Positions 17,294-28,100 of a stretch of 28,300 bases of DNA are shown one piece after another. The stretch's first letter is position 1, and every line of letters begins with the position of its first letter. Origin of the DNA: an uncultured Formivibrio sp. (GTDB lineage Bacteria; Pseudomonadota; Gammaproteobacteria; Burkholderiales; Chitinibacteraceae); assembly GCA_964291975.1 (NCBI GenBank), contig CAXYUI010000001.1, forward strand, positions 1 through 28,300, written 5' to 3'. Position numbers and translations under genes: made by a program. A model generated the notes under the pieces. That model was not told the origin of the DNA, made no database searches, and saw only the letters and a list, made by a program, of their open reading frames with translations.

Positions 17294-20152
17294 TTAACTC
17301 GGGCGCGAAGTTTCAATCTGAACCAGATTGGCAGCTTCAGCTTGTTCAGCCTTGGCATGTTCGACGCTATTGCGACGGGCGCGCTCTTGTGCTGCCGCGC
17401 TTTCTTCCGGGCTGGAAGTTCCAACTTCGTTGCGCGTTTCGATCATAACCAAAGGTTCGCTGCTGCCGGCTTGTTGAGCTTGCGCGGCGGCTTTGATATC
17501 GCTGCGACGACGACGAGTCGGTTGGGCGATTTCTGGAACGGTTTCTACCGGGCTGCTGGCGCGAGTTGCAACCATAACCAGACCTACTTCTTCCGGACTG
17601 GCAACTTCCAGAATCGGCGCAGCTACAACGGCTTGCGGCTGCTCTTTCACCGTCTCTTTAACCTCGACCGGAATTTCAGTCGGGATTGCAGCGCTGACCA
17701 CCGGAGCTTCAACCGGCAGGCTTGGCGCAACTTCGGCAACGACCACTTCAACCGGGGCTGCAACTTGTACCGGCGCAACGCGCGTCTCTTGCTCGGCGGC
17801 AACGGCCGGAGCCTCTACCACGCGGGACTCGACGACGGGGGCAACGATCTCGGCAGCGGCAGGGCTGACGACTTCCGCTACCGGCGCAATCACGGCTTCG
17901 CGAGCGGGTTCAATCGGAGTGTACAGTTCCGCCACTTGCTCTGCGACTTCGGCGACTGCCTCTTCGCTGGCGGCCAGATCCTGCTGCAGTTCTGCGCCAT
18001 TTTCCGTGTTGCGGTCGCGACGGTCATTGCTGCTGCGACGGCGGCGGCGACTGCTGCGGCTACGACCCTGTTCCGCTGACTCGTTGGATTCAACTTGCGG
18101 TGCAACGGTTTCAATCGGCTCGACCACAGGGGCGATCACTTCCGGCTGAGGACGCTCATTGCGCGGTGCGCGCGGTTGACGCTCACTGCGCTCTTTGCGA
18201 TTTTGCTGGTCTTCCTCAATGCGCGGCTTGCCACCGTTGCGACGGTTGTCGGCGCGTTCGGCACGATCCATGCGTTCGGTTTTTTCTGCGCGCTCTGGGC
18301 GTTCGGTCGTGCGCTCGCTTCGTTCCGTGCGTTCCTGTGCTTGACGCGGGCCGCGCTCGTTACGGTTCTCGTTGCGACCGTTGCGGGCGTTGTTGCGATT
18401 GTCGGTGCGCGGGCGACGTGGTGCCGGTTTTTCTTCCTTGGCCGGTTCGCTGCTAAAGAAGGCGACAATCCGTTGCCACAGCGACGGACCGCTGGTGCTG
18501 GCAGCTTTGCGTGCCGGTTCGCGCGGCGTGGAAATCGGCGCCGGTTGTGCTGGAGTAATGCCCTTGACGGCTGCTTCCAGACGCTTGGTTTGTTCTTCCT
18601 TGGCCTTTTGCGGCTGATAACCTTCTTCGGCCGGCGCTTCCACCATCTTGTAGGACGGCAAAGCTTCATCAACCAAGTTCAATTCGTCATGACGCAGACG
18701 CGAAATGGTGTAGTTCGGCGTTTCCAGATGCATGTTCGGAATCAGTACCACGCCGACTTTCAGGCGGGCTTCGACGGCGAACAATTCGGCGCGTTTTTCG
18801 TTCAAGAGGAAAGTGGCGACATCGACCGGCACTTGTGCGTGCACGGCGCCGGTGTTGTCCTTCATGGCTTCTTCTTGAATGATGCGCAAGATGTGCAACG
18901 CGGACGATTCAATGCCACGGATAAAGCCGGTGCCATGGCAACGCGGGCAGGCGATGTGGCTGGTTTCTTCCAGAGACGGTTGCAGACGCTGGCGCGAGAG
19001 TTCGAGCAGACCAAAACGGCTGATCTTGCCGGTCTGCACGCGGGCGCGGTCGTGATGCAGTGCATCGCGCACGCGGTTTTCGACATCGCGCTGGTTCTTG
19101 GCGCTTTCCATGTCGATAAAGTCGATGACGATCAGACCGCCGACGTCGCGCAGACGCAGTTGGCGGGCGATTTCATCAGCGGCTTCCAGGTTGGTGCGCA
19201 GTGCGGTTTCTTCGATGTCGCCGCCCTTGGTGGCGCGCGCCGAGTTCACGTCAATCGACCACAGCGCTTCGGTGCGGTCGATCACAATTGCGCCGCCGGA
19301 AGGCAGAGCCACTTCGCGGGCATAAGCGGTTTCGATTTGATGTTCGATCTGGAACCGCGAGAACAGCGGCACATCATCTTTGTAGAGCTTCACGCGGTTG
19401 GCGTTGCCCGGCATGACATGGCGCATGAACTGGCCAGCTTGCTCGAAAATGGCGTCGGTATCGATCAGGATTTCGCCGATGTCCGGCTGGAAATAATCGC
19501 GGATCGCGCGGATGACGAGGCTCGATTCCTGATAAATCAGGAAAGCGCCGCTTTGCGAGCGCGCTGCGCCTTCGATGGCATTCCACAGTTGCAGCAGGTA
19601 GTTCATGTCCCACTGCAGTTCTTCCAGATTGCGGCCGATCGCGGCGGTGCGAGCGATCAGGCTCATGCCGGCCGGGGTTTCCAACTGATCCATCACGGCG
19701 CGCAACTCGTTGCGCTCTTCGCCTTCGATACGGCGCGAAACGCCGCCGCCACGCGGATTGTTCGGCATCAGCACGACATAACGGCCGGCCAGACTGATAT
19801 AGGTGGTCAGCGCCGCGCCCTTGTTGCCGCGCTCGTCTTTTTCGACCTGGACGATGAGTTCTTGGCCTTCGCGCAGAGCCTCAACCACGCGGCCGCGACT
19901 CGCGCCTTCGCCATCGTTCAGATAGGCGCGGGCAATTTCCTTGAAGGGAAGGAAGCCATGACGATCACAGCCGTAATCGACAAAGCAGGCTTCGAGGGAG
20001 GGTTCGACACGGGTGATGACACCCTTGTAGATATTGGACTTGCGTTGTTCCTTGCCAATCGTTTCGATGTCCAGATCGATCAGCTTTTGTCCATCGACGA
20101 TGGCAACGCGCAGCTCTTCAGCTTGCGTTGCATTAAACAGCATGCGTTTCAT
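17294..20152 (-). CDS. rne: Ribonuclease E
   Basis: N-terminus [21 protein letters not shown]; S1 domain; catalytic-region IDVNS and IDFIDM; Zn-link CPRCHG; amphipathic membrane-targeting helix [11 protein letters not shown]; Arg-rich and disordered C-terminal half; SD AGGAG. Confidence 0.98.
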   Translation of the reverse strand: MKRMLFNATQAEELRVAIVDGQKLIDLDIETIGKEQRKSNIYKGVITRVEPSLEACFVDYGCDRHGFLPFKEIARAYLNDGEGASRGRVVEALREGQELIVQVEKDERGNKGAALTTYISLAGRYVVLMPNNPRGGGVSRRIEGEERNELRAVMDQLETPAGMSLIARTAAIGRNLEELQWDMNYLLQLWNAIEGAARSQSGAFLIYQESSLVIRAIRDYFQPDIGEILIDTDAIFEQAGQFMRHVMPGNANRVKLYKDDVPLFSRFQIEHQIETAYAREVALPSGGAIVIDRTEALWSIDVNSARATKGGDIEETALRTNLEAADEIARQLRLRDVGGLIVIDFIDMESAKNQRDVENRVRDALHHDRARVQTGKISRFGLLELSRQRLQPSLEETSHIACPRCHGTGFIRGIESSALHILRIIQEEAMKDNTGAVHAQVPVDVATFLLNEKRAELFAVEARLKVGVVLIPNMHLETPNYTISRLRHDELNLVDEALPSYKMVEAPAEEGYQPQKAKEEQTKRLEAAVKGITPAQPAPISTPREPARKAASTSGPSLWQRIVAFFSSEPAKEEKPAPRRPRTDNRNNARNGRNENRNERGPRQAQERTERSERTTERPERAEKTERMDRAERADNRRNGGKPRIEEDQQNRKERSERQPRAPRNERPQPEVIAPVVEPIETVAPQVESNESAEQGRSRSSRRRRRSSNDRRDRNTENGAELQQDLAASEEAVAEVAEQVAELYTPIEPAREAVIAPVAEVVSPAAAEIVAPVVESRVVEAPAVAAEQETRVAPVQVAAPVEVVVAEVAPSLPVEAPVVSAAIPTEIPVEVKETVKEQPQAVVAAPILEVASPEEVGLVMVATRASSPVETVPEIAQPTRRRRSDIKAAAQAQQAGSSEPLVMIETRNEVGTSSPEESAAAQERARRNSVEHAKAEQAEAANLVQIETSRPS

Positions 20153-20719
20153 AAAAAGTCTCCTGCGCGCTCACGGCAGGATCGGCAAACAAGATGCCGG
20201 CGAAACCCGATCAGAAGGGGTGGCGAAGCAGCAGTTTCACAAGGAAATTGCGGGGCTGGGCCAAAGGTTTAACTGGTGGGGATGATGCCGGGCTCTGCTC
20301 CTTTGAAGGGCGTTATTCTTGTCGTTCCGAGTGCTGCGCGTTCCGGTTGGGAAGCCGCGCCAGCAGTAAAAATCCGTGAGTGCGTGTTTCTGGTAAATCA
20401 ATTACCATCGCTGCTTTTTTCGGGGCGTATCATTGATGACGCTGGCCGGGCGGTGAGCGAGATTAACCGCTTCCCGCAACCCTGATTCTTCCGTGCCGTC
20501 AATCTGGCGATTCCCGCGCGTTTAGCCCTGTTTGAGCTTGGCAGACAATATGTCCGCGGCGGGTTGGAGATCGCAGATCTCATACGGTTTGGCGTTTGAA
20601 TCAAAGAGCGGGGATAAACTTGGTCGGCTGGCAATTTGCCGCCGTTGCTGGCTGGGCGTTGTCGCTGCCGCAAAAACTGCCTCGCCGCATGGGCGAAGCG
20701 AACGAGAGTATAAGTCAAG
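20153..20719. promoter_or_regulatory. Long rne-rluC divergent intergenic region, probably containing the rne 5-prime leader
   Basis: 567 bp with no convincing ORF. The rne/rluC divergent arrangement and long autoregulatory rne leaders are known in proteobacteria. Leader boundaries cannot be determined from sequence. Confidence 0.5.
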
Positions 20720-21664
20720 ATGCAGGATACGAGCAAAGCCTCTGTCACATTTCAGACCGTCGATGCTGACGATGCGGGCCAGCGGCTCGATAACTATCTA
20801 CTGCGCCATCTGAAAGGCGTACCCAAGAGCCATGTTTACCGTATCGTGCGAGCCGGTGAAGTGCGGGTGAATAAAGGTCGTGCCGATGTGACCTACCGCT
20901 TGCAGGCGGGCGACGTCGTGCGCATCCCGCCGGTGCGCGTGGCCGAAAAGCCCGATACCAGTACGGCAGTTGCTGCTGCGCAACATATTGAGATTCCAGT
21001 GATTTATGAGGATGAGGCGATCATCGCGCTCAACAAGCCTGCCGGCATTGCGGTGCATGGCGGTTCGGGCGTGAGCTTTGGGGTGATCGAGCTTTTGCGT
21101 GCGCAGCGCCCGCAAGCCAAATTCATGGAACTGGTGCACCGGCTTGATCGCGAGACCTCGGGCATCCTTCTGGTCGCCAAGAAACGCTCGGCGCTGACTG
21201 CGCTGCACGAAGTGTTGCGTGAAGGTCACCAGATCGACAAACGCTATCTGGCGATGGTGAAGGGTACTTGGCCGCACGAGCGCAATCATGTGAAGTTCAA
21301 GCTGCTCAAATACGAAACGCCCGATGGCGAACGTCGTGTGAAGGTCTCGGACGAAGGCCTGACTTCGCACACCATTGTGAATCGCCGCGAAATCCGTGGC
21401 GCGTATAGCTTGGTCGAGTGCGAGCTCAAAACTGGCCGCACCCACCAGATTCGCGTGCATCTGGCGCATTCCGGTTATCCGATTCTGGGCGACGACAAAT
21501 ACGGCGATCCCCAGCTCAATAAAATCCTGCCGCGCCAGGGGCTCAAGCGCATGTTCTTGCATGCCTGGCGGCTCACCTTCAACCACCCGCTCTCGGGGCA
21601 GACGCTCGAACTCGTCGCGCCGCTGCCGCCTGAATTGCAATCTTTTCTGGATACCCTGCAATGA
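20720..21664 (+). CDS. rluC: 23S rRNA pseudouridine synthase RluC
   Basis: S4 domain GQRLDNYL...GEVRVN; NKPAGIAVHGGSG; catalytic HRLDRETSG; TGRTHQIRVH; divergent from rne. Confidence 0.95.
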   Translation: MQDTSKASVTFQTVDADDAGQRLDNYLLRHLKGVPKSHVYRIVRAGEVRVNKGRADVTYRLQAGDVVRIPPVRVAEKPDTSTAVAAAQHIEIPVIYEDEAIIALNKPAGIAVHGGSGVSFGVIELLRAQRPQAKFMELVHRLDRETSGILLVAKKRSALTALHEVLREGHQIDKRYLAMVKGTWPHERNHVKFKLLKYETPDGERRVKVSDEGLTSHTIVNRREIRGAYSLVECELKTGRTHQIRVHLAHSGYPILGDDKYGDPQLNKILPRQGLKRMFLHAWRLTFNHPLSGQTLELVAPLPPELQSFLDTLQ

Positions 21665-22323
21665 TCCCTCGCCAGGAATTTGATCTGCTCGTCTTTGACT
21701 GGGACGGCACTTTGATGGATTCGACTGCGACCATCGTCACTTCTATTCAGAGCGCGTTTCGCGATCTGGGCTTGCCTGAGCCGGCTGCGCGCGACTGCCG
21801 CTATGTGATCGGTTTTGGCCTGAAAGAAGCGCTGGCTTATCTGGCGCCGGGTCAGACTGACGCGGTGGTCGAACATCTCATCGAGCGCTATCGCCACTAT
21901 TTTCTGTCGCACGAAAAGCAGTTGATCCTGTTTGAAGGCGTGATCGACGGACTCGCCCAGCTCGAAGAAGCCGGCTATATGCTGGCGGTCGCGACCGGCA
22001 AAGCGCGCAATGGACTTGATCGCCTGCTGGATCTGACTGGCCTGCGCGAACGCTTTGTGGTGACGCGCTGCGCTGATGAAGCGTTTTCCAAGCCGCATCC
22101 GGCCATGCTCAATTACATCCTTGATTTCACGGCGGTGCATCCAAGCAAAGCCTTGATGATTGGCGATACCACGCATGACTTGGAACTGGGCAAGAACGCG
22201 GGCGTGCGCAGTGTGGCCATGACTTACGGCGCGCATCCGATTGCAGAAATGCTGCCGCACGGCCCGGTCGCCCACTTTGACGATTTCCCGGCACTGACCG
22301 ATTGGCTTTTGAAGAGGGATTGA
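21661..22323 (+). CDS. HAD-IA family hydrolase (phosphoglycolate phosphatase-like)
   Basis: Motif I FDWDGTLMDS, ATGK, SKPHP, MIGDTTHD; ATGA overlap with rluC. Confidence 0.9.
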   Translation: MIPRQEFDLLVFDWDGTLMDSTATIVTSIQSAFRDLGLPEPAARDCRYVIGFGLKEALAYLAPGQTDAVVEHLIERYRHYFLSHEKQLILFEGVIDGLAQLEEAGYMLAVATGKARNGLDRLLDLTGLRERFVVTRCADEAFSKPHPAMLNYILDFTAVHPSKALMIGDTTHDLELGKNAGVRSVAMTYGAHPIAEMLPHGPVAHFDDFPALTDWLLKRD

Positions 22324-22324
22324 A

Positions 22325-22666
22325 ATGCGCGCGGTTTGTCCTAGCGAAGCACTGGTCAATGGCGGGGCGGCGGTGCGCTTTACCGCACGGGTTCAGGGTG
22401 TGGACGCGCCGGCTTTTGTCATGCGTTATCAGGATACAGTGCGCGCCTTTGTGAATGAGTGCGCGCACGTGCCCGTCGAGCTGGACCTCAAGCCGGGGCA
22501 GGTGTTTGACCAGTCTGGCGAGTATCTTGTCTGTTCCATGCACGGCGCTTACTATGCTCCGGACTCAGGGGAGTGCGTGGGCGGGCCTTGTCGCGGCGCG
22601 ATGTTGGTGTCGCTTGATGTGATTGAAATGGATGGCCAAGTCTGGCTGATCGAGGATGAAAAATGA
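22325..22666 (+). CDS. Rieske [2Fe-2S] ferredoxin
   Basis: CAH...CSMH ligand motifs and GECVGGPC. Confidence 0.9.
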   Translation: MRAVCPSEALVNGGAAVRFTARVQGVDAPAFVMRYQDTVRAFVNECAHVPVELDLKPGQVFDQSGEYLVCSMHGAYYAPDSGECVGGPCRGAMLVSLDVIEMDGQVWLIEDEK

Positions 22667-23601
22667 ACGAAAACTGGGAACGCCAAGCTTTGCAGGATTT
22701 GCTGACTGCCAGCGTGAAAGAACAAAAACTGGCGCGGCGCTGGGGTATTTTTTTCAAGCTGCTGACTTTTGGTTATCTGGCTTTTCTGGTGTTGGCTATT
22801 GTCGGCTTGGCCGCCTCTGGCGATGCTGAACACACCAGCGCCGGCGCGCATACGGCGGTGATCGAAATGCGCGGCGTGATCGCGCCGGGCGGAGATGTCA
22901 GTGCCGACAAAGTCATCGACGGTCTGCGCGATGCGTTCAAAGACAAGAACACCCGTGGCGTGATTGTGCGTGCCAATAGCCCGGGCGGTAGTCCAGTGCA
23001 ATCGGGCATCATTTACGATGAAATTCGTCGCTTGCGCAAACTGCATCCGCAAACCCCTTTGTATGTGGTGATGGAAGATGTTTGCGCGTCGGGCTGTTAT
23101 TACGCCGCTGCCGCCGCCGATGCGATCTACGCTGACAAGGCCAGTTTGGTGGGTTCGATTGGCGTATTGATGAATGGCTTTGGCTTCACCTCGGCGATGG
23201 ACAAACTGGGCGTGGAACGCCGTTTGTTGACCGCTGGCGCCAACAAGGGTTTTCTTGATCCGTTCTCGCCGATGAGCCCGGAGCAGAAGGAAAAAGCCCA
23301 AGTCATGCTCAATGAAATCCACCAGCAGTTCATCGACGTAGTGAAAGCCGGCCGAGGCAAAAAGCTGGCGGCGGATAACCCCGACCTTTTTTCGGGCATG
23401 GTCTGGAGCGGCGAGGCCGCGCAAAAGCTGGGTCTGATCGATGGGCTGTCTTCGGTGGATGCCGTTGCGCGCGATGTCATCAAAGCGCCGCGCATCGTCG
23501 ATTTCACGCCGAAAGCCGACTGGGCTGACCGCTTTGCCAAGCAAATCGGCGCCTCGATGGGTGCCAAACTCGGTACATCGTTCGATTTGCAGCTGAGGTA
23601 A
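22663..23601 (+). CDS. sppA: S49 family signal peptide peptidase (SppA-like)
   Basis: N-terminal TM; NSPGGS; CASGCYY; GSIGV; FSGMVWSG. Confidence 0.88.
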   Translation: MNENWERQALQDLLTASVKEQKLARRWGIFFKLLTFGYLAFLVLAIVGLAASGDAEHTSAGAHTAVIEMRGVIAPGGDVSADKVIDGLRDAFKDKNTRGVIVRANSPGGSPVQSGIIYDEIRRLRKLHPQTPLYVVMEDVCASGCYYAAAAADAIYADKASLVGSIGVLMNGFGFTSAMDKLGVERRLLTAGANKGFLDPFSPMSPEQKEKAQVMLNEIHQQFIDVVKAGRGKKLAADNPDLFSGMVWSGEAAQKLGLIDGLSSVDAVARDVIKAPRIVDFTPKADWADRFAKQIGASMGAKLGTSFDLQLR

Positions 23602-23605
23602 AACC

Positions 23606-24379
23606 ATGCGTCGCAAGCATCGCCCCGAAGAACACGAAAATCACGAACGCTGGCTGGTGTCGTATGCCGACTTCATCACGCTGCTCTTCGCGTTCTTCGT
23701 GGTGATGTATGCGATCTCATCGGTCAACGAAGGCAAGTACCGGATTCTGTCCGATTCCTTGACCAGCGCGTTTCGCAATGTCACGCCCAGCTCGATCAAT
23801 CCGATTCAAGTGGGGCAGCCGAGCAGTGGCCAGATTGTGCGGCCGGTGGCCTCGGCCGTTGAGATCAAACCCGCCGATACGGCCGAAGCGCGCAAAATGC
23901 AGTTGATGGCGAACGAGCTTAAAGGCTCACTGGGTTCAATGATCGACCAAGGCAAGGTGCGAGTGACGCATTCCAAGCGCGGCATCGCCATTGAAATCAA
24001 CGACTCCATCTTGTTCGATCCGGCGCGAGCCGATCTGCAGCCAGCTTCTGCTGAGATGCTGCTGGCGGTGGCGGAAATGGTGAAGGGCACCGACAACCTG
24101 ATCCAGATCGAAGGCCATACCGATAACCAGCCGATCCGTTCGGCGCAATTTCCTTCAAACTGGGAACTTTCAAGCGCGCGTGCCGCCAGCGTGGTGCGCC
24201 TGTTTGCTGAGGCCGGTATTGCATCGCAACGCATGGTGGTGATCGGCTACAGCGAATTTCGCCCGGTTGAGCCCAACGACACCATCGAGCGCCGCGCCCG
24301 CAACCGGCGCGTCACGCTCAATATCCTGGCTGACAATCGCGACGACGTGTCGGTCTTGCCGCTCGCACAAAAACCCTGA
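23606..24379 (+). CDS. motD: Flagellar stator subunit MotB/MotD (OmpA-like peptidoglycan-binding domain)
   Basis: ERWLVSYADFITLLFAFFVVMYA with the conserved Asp; EGHTD; NWELSSARA; RNRRV. The choice of motD over motB rests on resemblance of the AISSVNEGKY segment. Confidence 0.82.
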   Translation: MRRKHRPEEHENHERWLVSYADFITLLFAFFVVMYAISSVNEGKYRILSDSLTSAFRNVTPSSINPIQVGQPSSGQIVRPVASAVEIKPADTAEARKMQLMANELKGSLGSMIDQGKVRVTHSKRGIAIEINDSILFDPARADLQPASAEMLLAVAEMVKGTDNLIQIEGHTDNQPIRSAQFPSNWELSSARAASVVRLFAEAGIASQRMVVIGYSEFRPVEPNDTIERRARNRRVTLNILADNRDDVSVLPLAQKP

Positions 24380-24381
24380 GT

Positions 24382-25125
24382 TCAAATATGCAGTAGCGCG
24401 CCGTTTTCGAGCTCTGGCTGGTTCAAGAGTTCGATCACGGCTGCGGCGACTTCTTCGCAGCTTCTCAAAGCGCCTTTTTCCTTGAAGCCGATAAATTTGC
24501 CCACCAAGGGGAAATCCTCTGCGCGGCTTGCGCGGATTTCCTCCTGCATGGCGGTGTCGAGCACGCCCGGCGCATAGGCGACGAGGGTGGCCGGATGGCG
24601 GGCGCTGGCTTGTTCCAGCGCCACAGCTTGAGTAAAGCGGTCAATGCCCGCCTTGGCCGCGCAGTAGGCGCTCCAGGCCGGCAGCGCATTGCGCCCCGCG
24701 CCGGACGAAATGTTGACGATGCGCTTTTCGCCGGCAAAATCCTGAAAGGCTTTAAGAAAAGCCGAGGTGAGCAGCATGGGCGCAGCCAGATTCACGGCGA
24801 TGTTGTCGAGCACGCTGGCTGGCGGCGCATCTTCTGCGCGCTTGAGCGGCGCGATCAGCCCGGCGTTGTTGATGAGATAGAGGCTGTCGCCGGCTTGCGG
24901 CGCGATTTTTTCGCAGATGATTTGCGCGAGCGCGGGCAGGGCAGCCAGATCGGTGAGATCAAACTGGTATTCGCTGTATTTTGCGTCGGTGCGCGCTGCC
25001 TGCGCGGTCAGCGCCGGATTGCTGCGTCGGGCGATGCCGATGAGGTGGTGATTCGGTGCGCACAAGGCGGTGGCGAGCGCCGCGCCAAGGCCACTTGAGG
25101 TGCCCGTAATCAGGTAATGCTTCAT
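24382..25125 (-). CDS. Short-chain dehydrogenase/reductase (benzil reductase/sepiapterin reductase-like)
   Basis: TGTSSGLG, INNAG, NISSGAG, YCAAK; SD GGAG. Confidence 0.88.
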   Translation of the reverse strand: MKHYLITGTSSGLGAALATALCAPNHHLIGIARRSNPALTAQAARTDAKYSEYQFDLTDLAALPALAQIICEKIAPQAGDSLYLINNAGLIAPLKRAEDAPPASVLDNIAVNLAAPMLLTSAFLKAFQDFAGEKRIVNISSGAGRNALPAWSAYCAAKAGIDRFTQAVALEQASARHPATLVAYAPGVLDTAMQEEIRASRAEDFPLVGKFIGFKEKGALRSCEEVAAAVIELLNQPELENGALLHI

Positions 25126-25140
25126 CTTCTTTTCTCCAGT

Positions 25141-25165
25141 AAAAACGGCCCTAGTGGGCCGTTTT
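25141..25165 (-). terminator. Terminator-like hairpin between the RND permease gene and the SDR gene (potentially bidirectional)
   Basis: Perfect inverted repeat AAAACGGCCC-TAGT-GGGCCGTTTT, giving a GC stem with a T5 tail on the - strand and T4 on the + strand. Confidence 0.7.
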
Positions 25166-25169
25166 GATT

Positions 25170-28100
25170 TTAATGGATCGCGTGATCGGAATGCAGATCT
25201 GGATGTTTGCGTCGCCAGCGGCGCTGCAGTGAATCAAACCCTAAATACAGCGTGGGCGTGATGTAGAGCGTAATCATCTGCGAGAAAATCAGCCCGCCGA
25301 CAATCGCCACCCCCATGGGTTGGCGCAATTCCGCACCCGCGCCCAGACCCAGCGCAATGGGCAGCGCGCCCATGATAGCCGCGAGCGTAGTCATCATGAT
25401 CGGACGGAAGCGCAACTGACAAGCTTCCAGAATCGCCGCGTGCGGGGCTTTGCCATCGCGGCGTTCGGCTTCGAGTGCAAAGTCGATCATCATGATCGCG
25501 TTTTTCTTCACGATGCCCACCAGCAGCAAAATCCCGATCATGGCGATAAATGAAATATCCAGCCCCATGATCTTGAGCGAAAGAAACGCGCCAACCGCGG
25601 CTGATGGGATACCGGCCAGAATCGTAATCGGGTGAATCCAGCTTTCATACAGCACACCCAGGACGACATAAATCACCGCGATTGCGATCAGGATCAGCCA
25701 GAGCTGGCTGTTTTGCGATTGCAGAAATACCGCTGCGTCGCCGGTGAAGTTGCCAAAGACTTGCGGTGGCATGTTCAGTTCTTGTTTGATGCGCTGCATT
25801 TCCTCAACCGCCGCCGAGAGTGGCACGCCATCGGCCATATTGAACGACAGTGTTACCGACGGCAGTTGCCCTTGGTGGTTGACCGAGCTGTTCACCCGTA
25901 CCCGCTCGACGCGAGAGAAAGCGGACAGCGGCACCAGTTGCCCTGACTTGTTGCGCACGCGCAGTTGCGCCAAGCCGTTTTCATCGCGGCGGAAATCGTC
26001 CGAGAACGACATCAGCACCGGATAGTTGTCTTGGGTCAGGTAGATCGTGCCGACCTGGCGATCGCCAAAGGCGTTGTTGAGCGCCTCGCGCAGCGCCTGC
26101 ATGTCGATGCCCAAGCTGTGCGCTTTGTCGCGATCCAGAATCAGCCGCGCTTGCAGGCCGTTGCGTTCCGCGTCGGTGTTCAGATCAGTGAATACCTGCG
26201 GCGACTGACGCATGCGGTTCATCATCTGCTCCGCCCACTGATTGAGCAGATCTATATCCACCGATTGCAGGGTGTACTGGTATTTGCTGGCGCTGCTGCG
26301 TCCGCCCAGGCGCAGGTTCTGGATGGCGCCATAGGTCACGCGAAAGCCCGGAATATCTGCGGTGTTTTTACGCAGGCTGGCCAGGACTTCAGCCATGGCG
26401 GCGCGTTCGCCGCGCGGCTTGAGGGTGATGAACATATAGCCGCGATTATTGCTGCCATTGAACGCAACCACCGATTGCACGTTGGGATTTTTGCGTACGG
26501 CGCTGGCGGCGCGGGTTTGCAGTTCGCGCATGGCCGGCGAGGCAATATCTTGCGATGCCTGTGTGGAGGCGCGCACCTGACCGATGTCTTCTTCCGGGAA
26601 AAAAGACTTGGGCATGATCAGATACAGCCAAACGGTCAGCCCAAACGTGGCCAGAGCAATGCTCAGCATCACTTTGCGATGATGCAGCGTCCAAGCGAGG
26701 CTGTTGCTGTAACCGTGCAGTACACGGCTCAGCAGCGCTTCAAAAGCGCGGCTCCAGGCCGGTACTTTTTCGTCTGCATCGTGATGATGACGCACAAAGC
26801 GCGCGGCCAACATAGGGATGATGGTCAGCGCCGCCAAGGCCGAAACTGCAATGGCCAGCGTCACTACGGCGGCGAATTCGTGGAACAAAAGCCCCATGGT
26901 GCCGGGCATGAAAAAGATCGGAATGAACACCGCAATCAGCGATACGGTGATCGAAATCACGGTAAACGCGACTTCGCGCGCGCCGCGCACTGCGGCCTGG
27001 AAGGGTTTCACGCCGTTTTCGATATGGCGCACGATGTTTTCCAGCACCACGATGGCGTCATCGACGACCAAGCCGATGGCGATGGTCAGTCCCATCAGCG
27101 AGATATTGTCGAGGCTATAGCCCAACCACAGCATCAGTCCGAACGTGCCCAGCAGCGATACCGGCAGCGACACCGAGGGAATCAGCGTGGCGGACAAGCG
27201 GCGCAGGAACAGCAGAATCACCAGAATCACCAGCACGATGGTCAGCAGCATGGTCAGCGTCACATCGTGAATCGCCTCGCGCACCGATGCCGAGCGGTCA
27301 TTCAGTTGCTTGATCTCGATCGAGGCCGGTAATTGGGCTTGCAAGCGTGGCAGCCAGCGCTTGATTTCATCGACCACCGCCACGGTATTGGCGTCGGACT
27401 GGCGATACACCTGCAACACAATCGATGCTTCGCCGTTGACCGCGCTGAACGATTTGGCGTTTTCCACGCTGTCGTAGACCTCGGCTACATCGGCAAGTCG
27501 CACCGGCTGGCCGTTTTTCATCGCCACAATCAGCGTACTGAAGGCCTGCGCGTTTTTCAGTTGTTCGTTGGCGCCGATAATCAGCACCTGACGGCCGCCT
27601 TCGAGCGTGCCGACCGGGGTGTTGGCGTTGGCGTTTTTCAGGACGGCAGCGAGTTCGGTGGTGGAAAGATCGCGCGCGGCGAGTTTTTCGGCATCGATTT
27701 TGACGCGCACCGCAAAGCGTTTCTGCCCCTGGATGGTGACTTGCGCCACGCCATTCAGGGTTGAGAGCGTGGGCGAGATGATGTTGTCGGAGTAATCGTT
27801 GAGTTCCGACATCGACATCGAAGGTGAACTCACCCCGACCATCAGGATCGGATCGTCAGCCGGGTTGACCTTGCGATAAGACGGCGGGTTGGTCATGTCC
27901 GACGGCAGGCTGCGCTGCGCGCGGAACAAGGCCGCCTGCACGTCGACGGCGGCGGCTTCGATAGCACGTTTCGGGTCGAATTCCAGCGGGATGCTGGTGC
28001 TGCCCCGCGGGCTGGTCGAAGGCATCATCGACAAACCGGGGATGGTGGAAAACTGCTTTTCCAGCACATTGGCCACCGAAGCGGCCATGGTTTCCGGCGA

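Noticed and set aside
19258-19260. Trp in RNase E TEAL-W-SID near the catalytic Asp (usually a small residue as I recall)
   Set aside because: A single residue with catalytic motifs intact; cannot be distinguished from lineage variation or base-call error without an alignment.
18095-20272. 725-aa + strand ORF (also 17177-18079)
   Set aside because: Antisense shadow of rne; no recognisable motifs; long antisense frames are expected in GC-rich coding DNA.
20709-20722. TATAAG 5 nt before the rluC ATG suggesting a leaderless mRNA
   Set aside because: The hexamer lacks the conserved final T and there is no supporting -35; needs TSS data.
22552-23616. 354-aa - strand ORF, and similar antisense ORFs at 20798-21661, 21475-22359, 713-1507, 2006-2752, 11354-12076 and 14806-15579
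   Set aside because: Each lies opposite a well-supported gene and has no family signature.
25965-27764. 455-aa and 143-aa + strand ORFs
   Set aside because: Antisense to the RND permease; no motifs.
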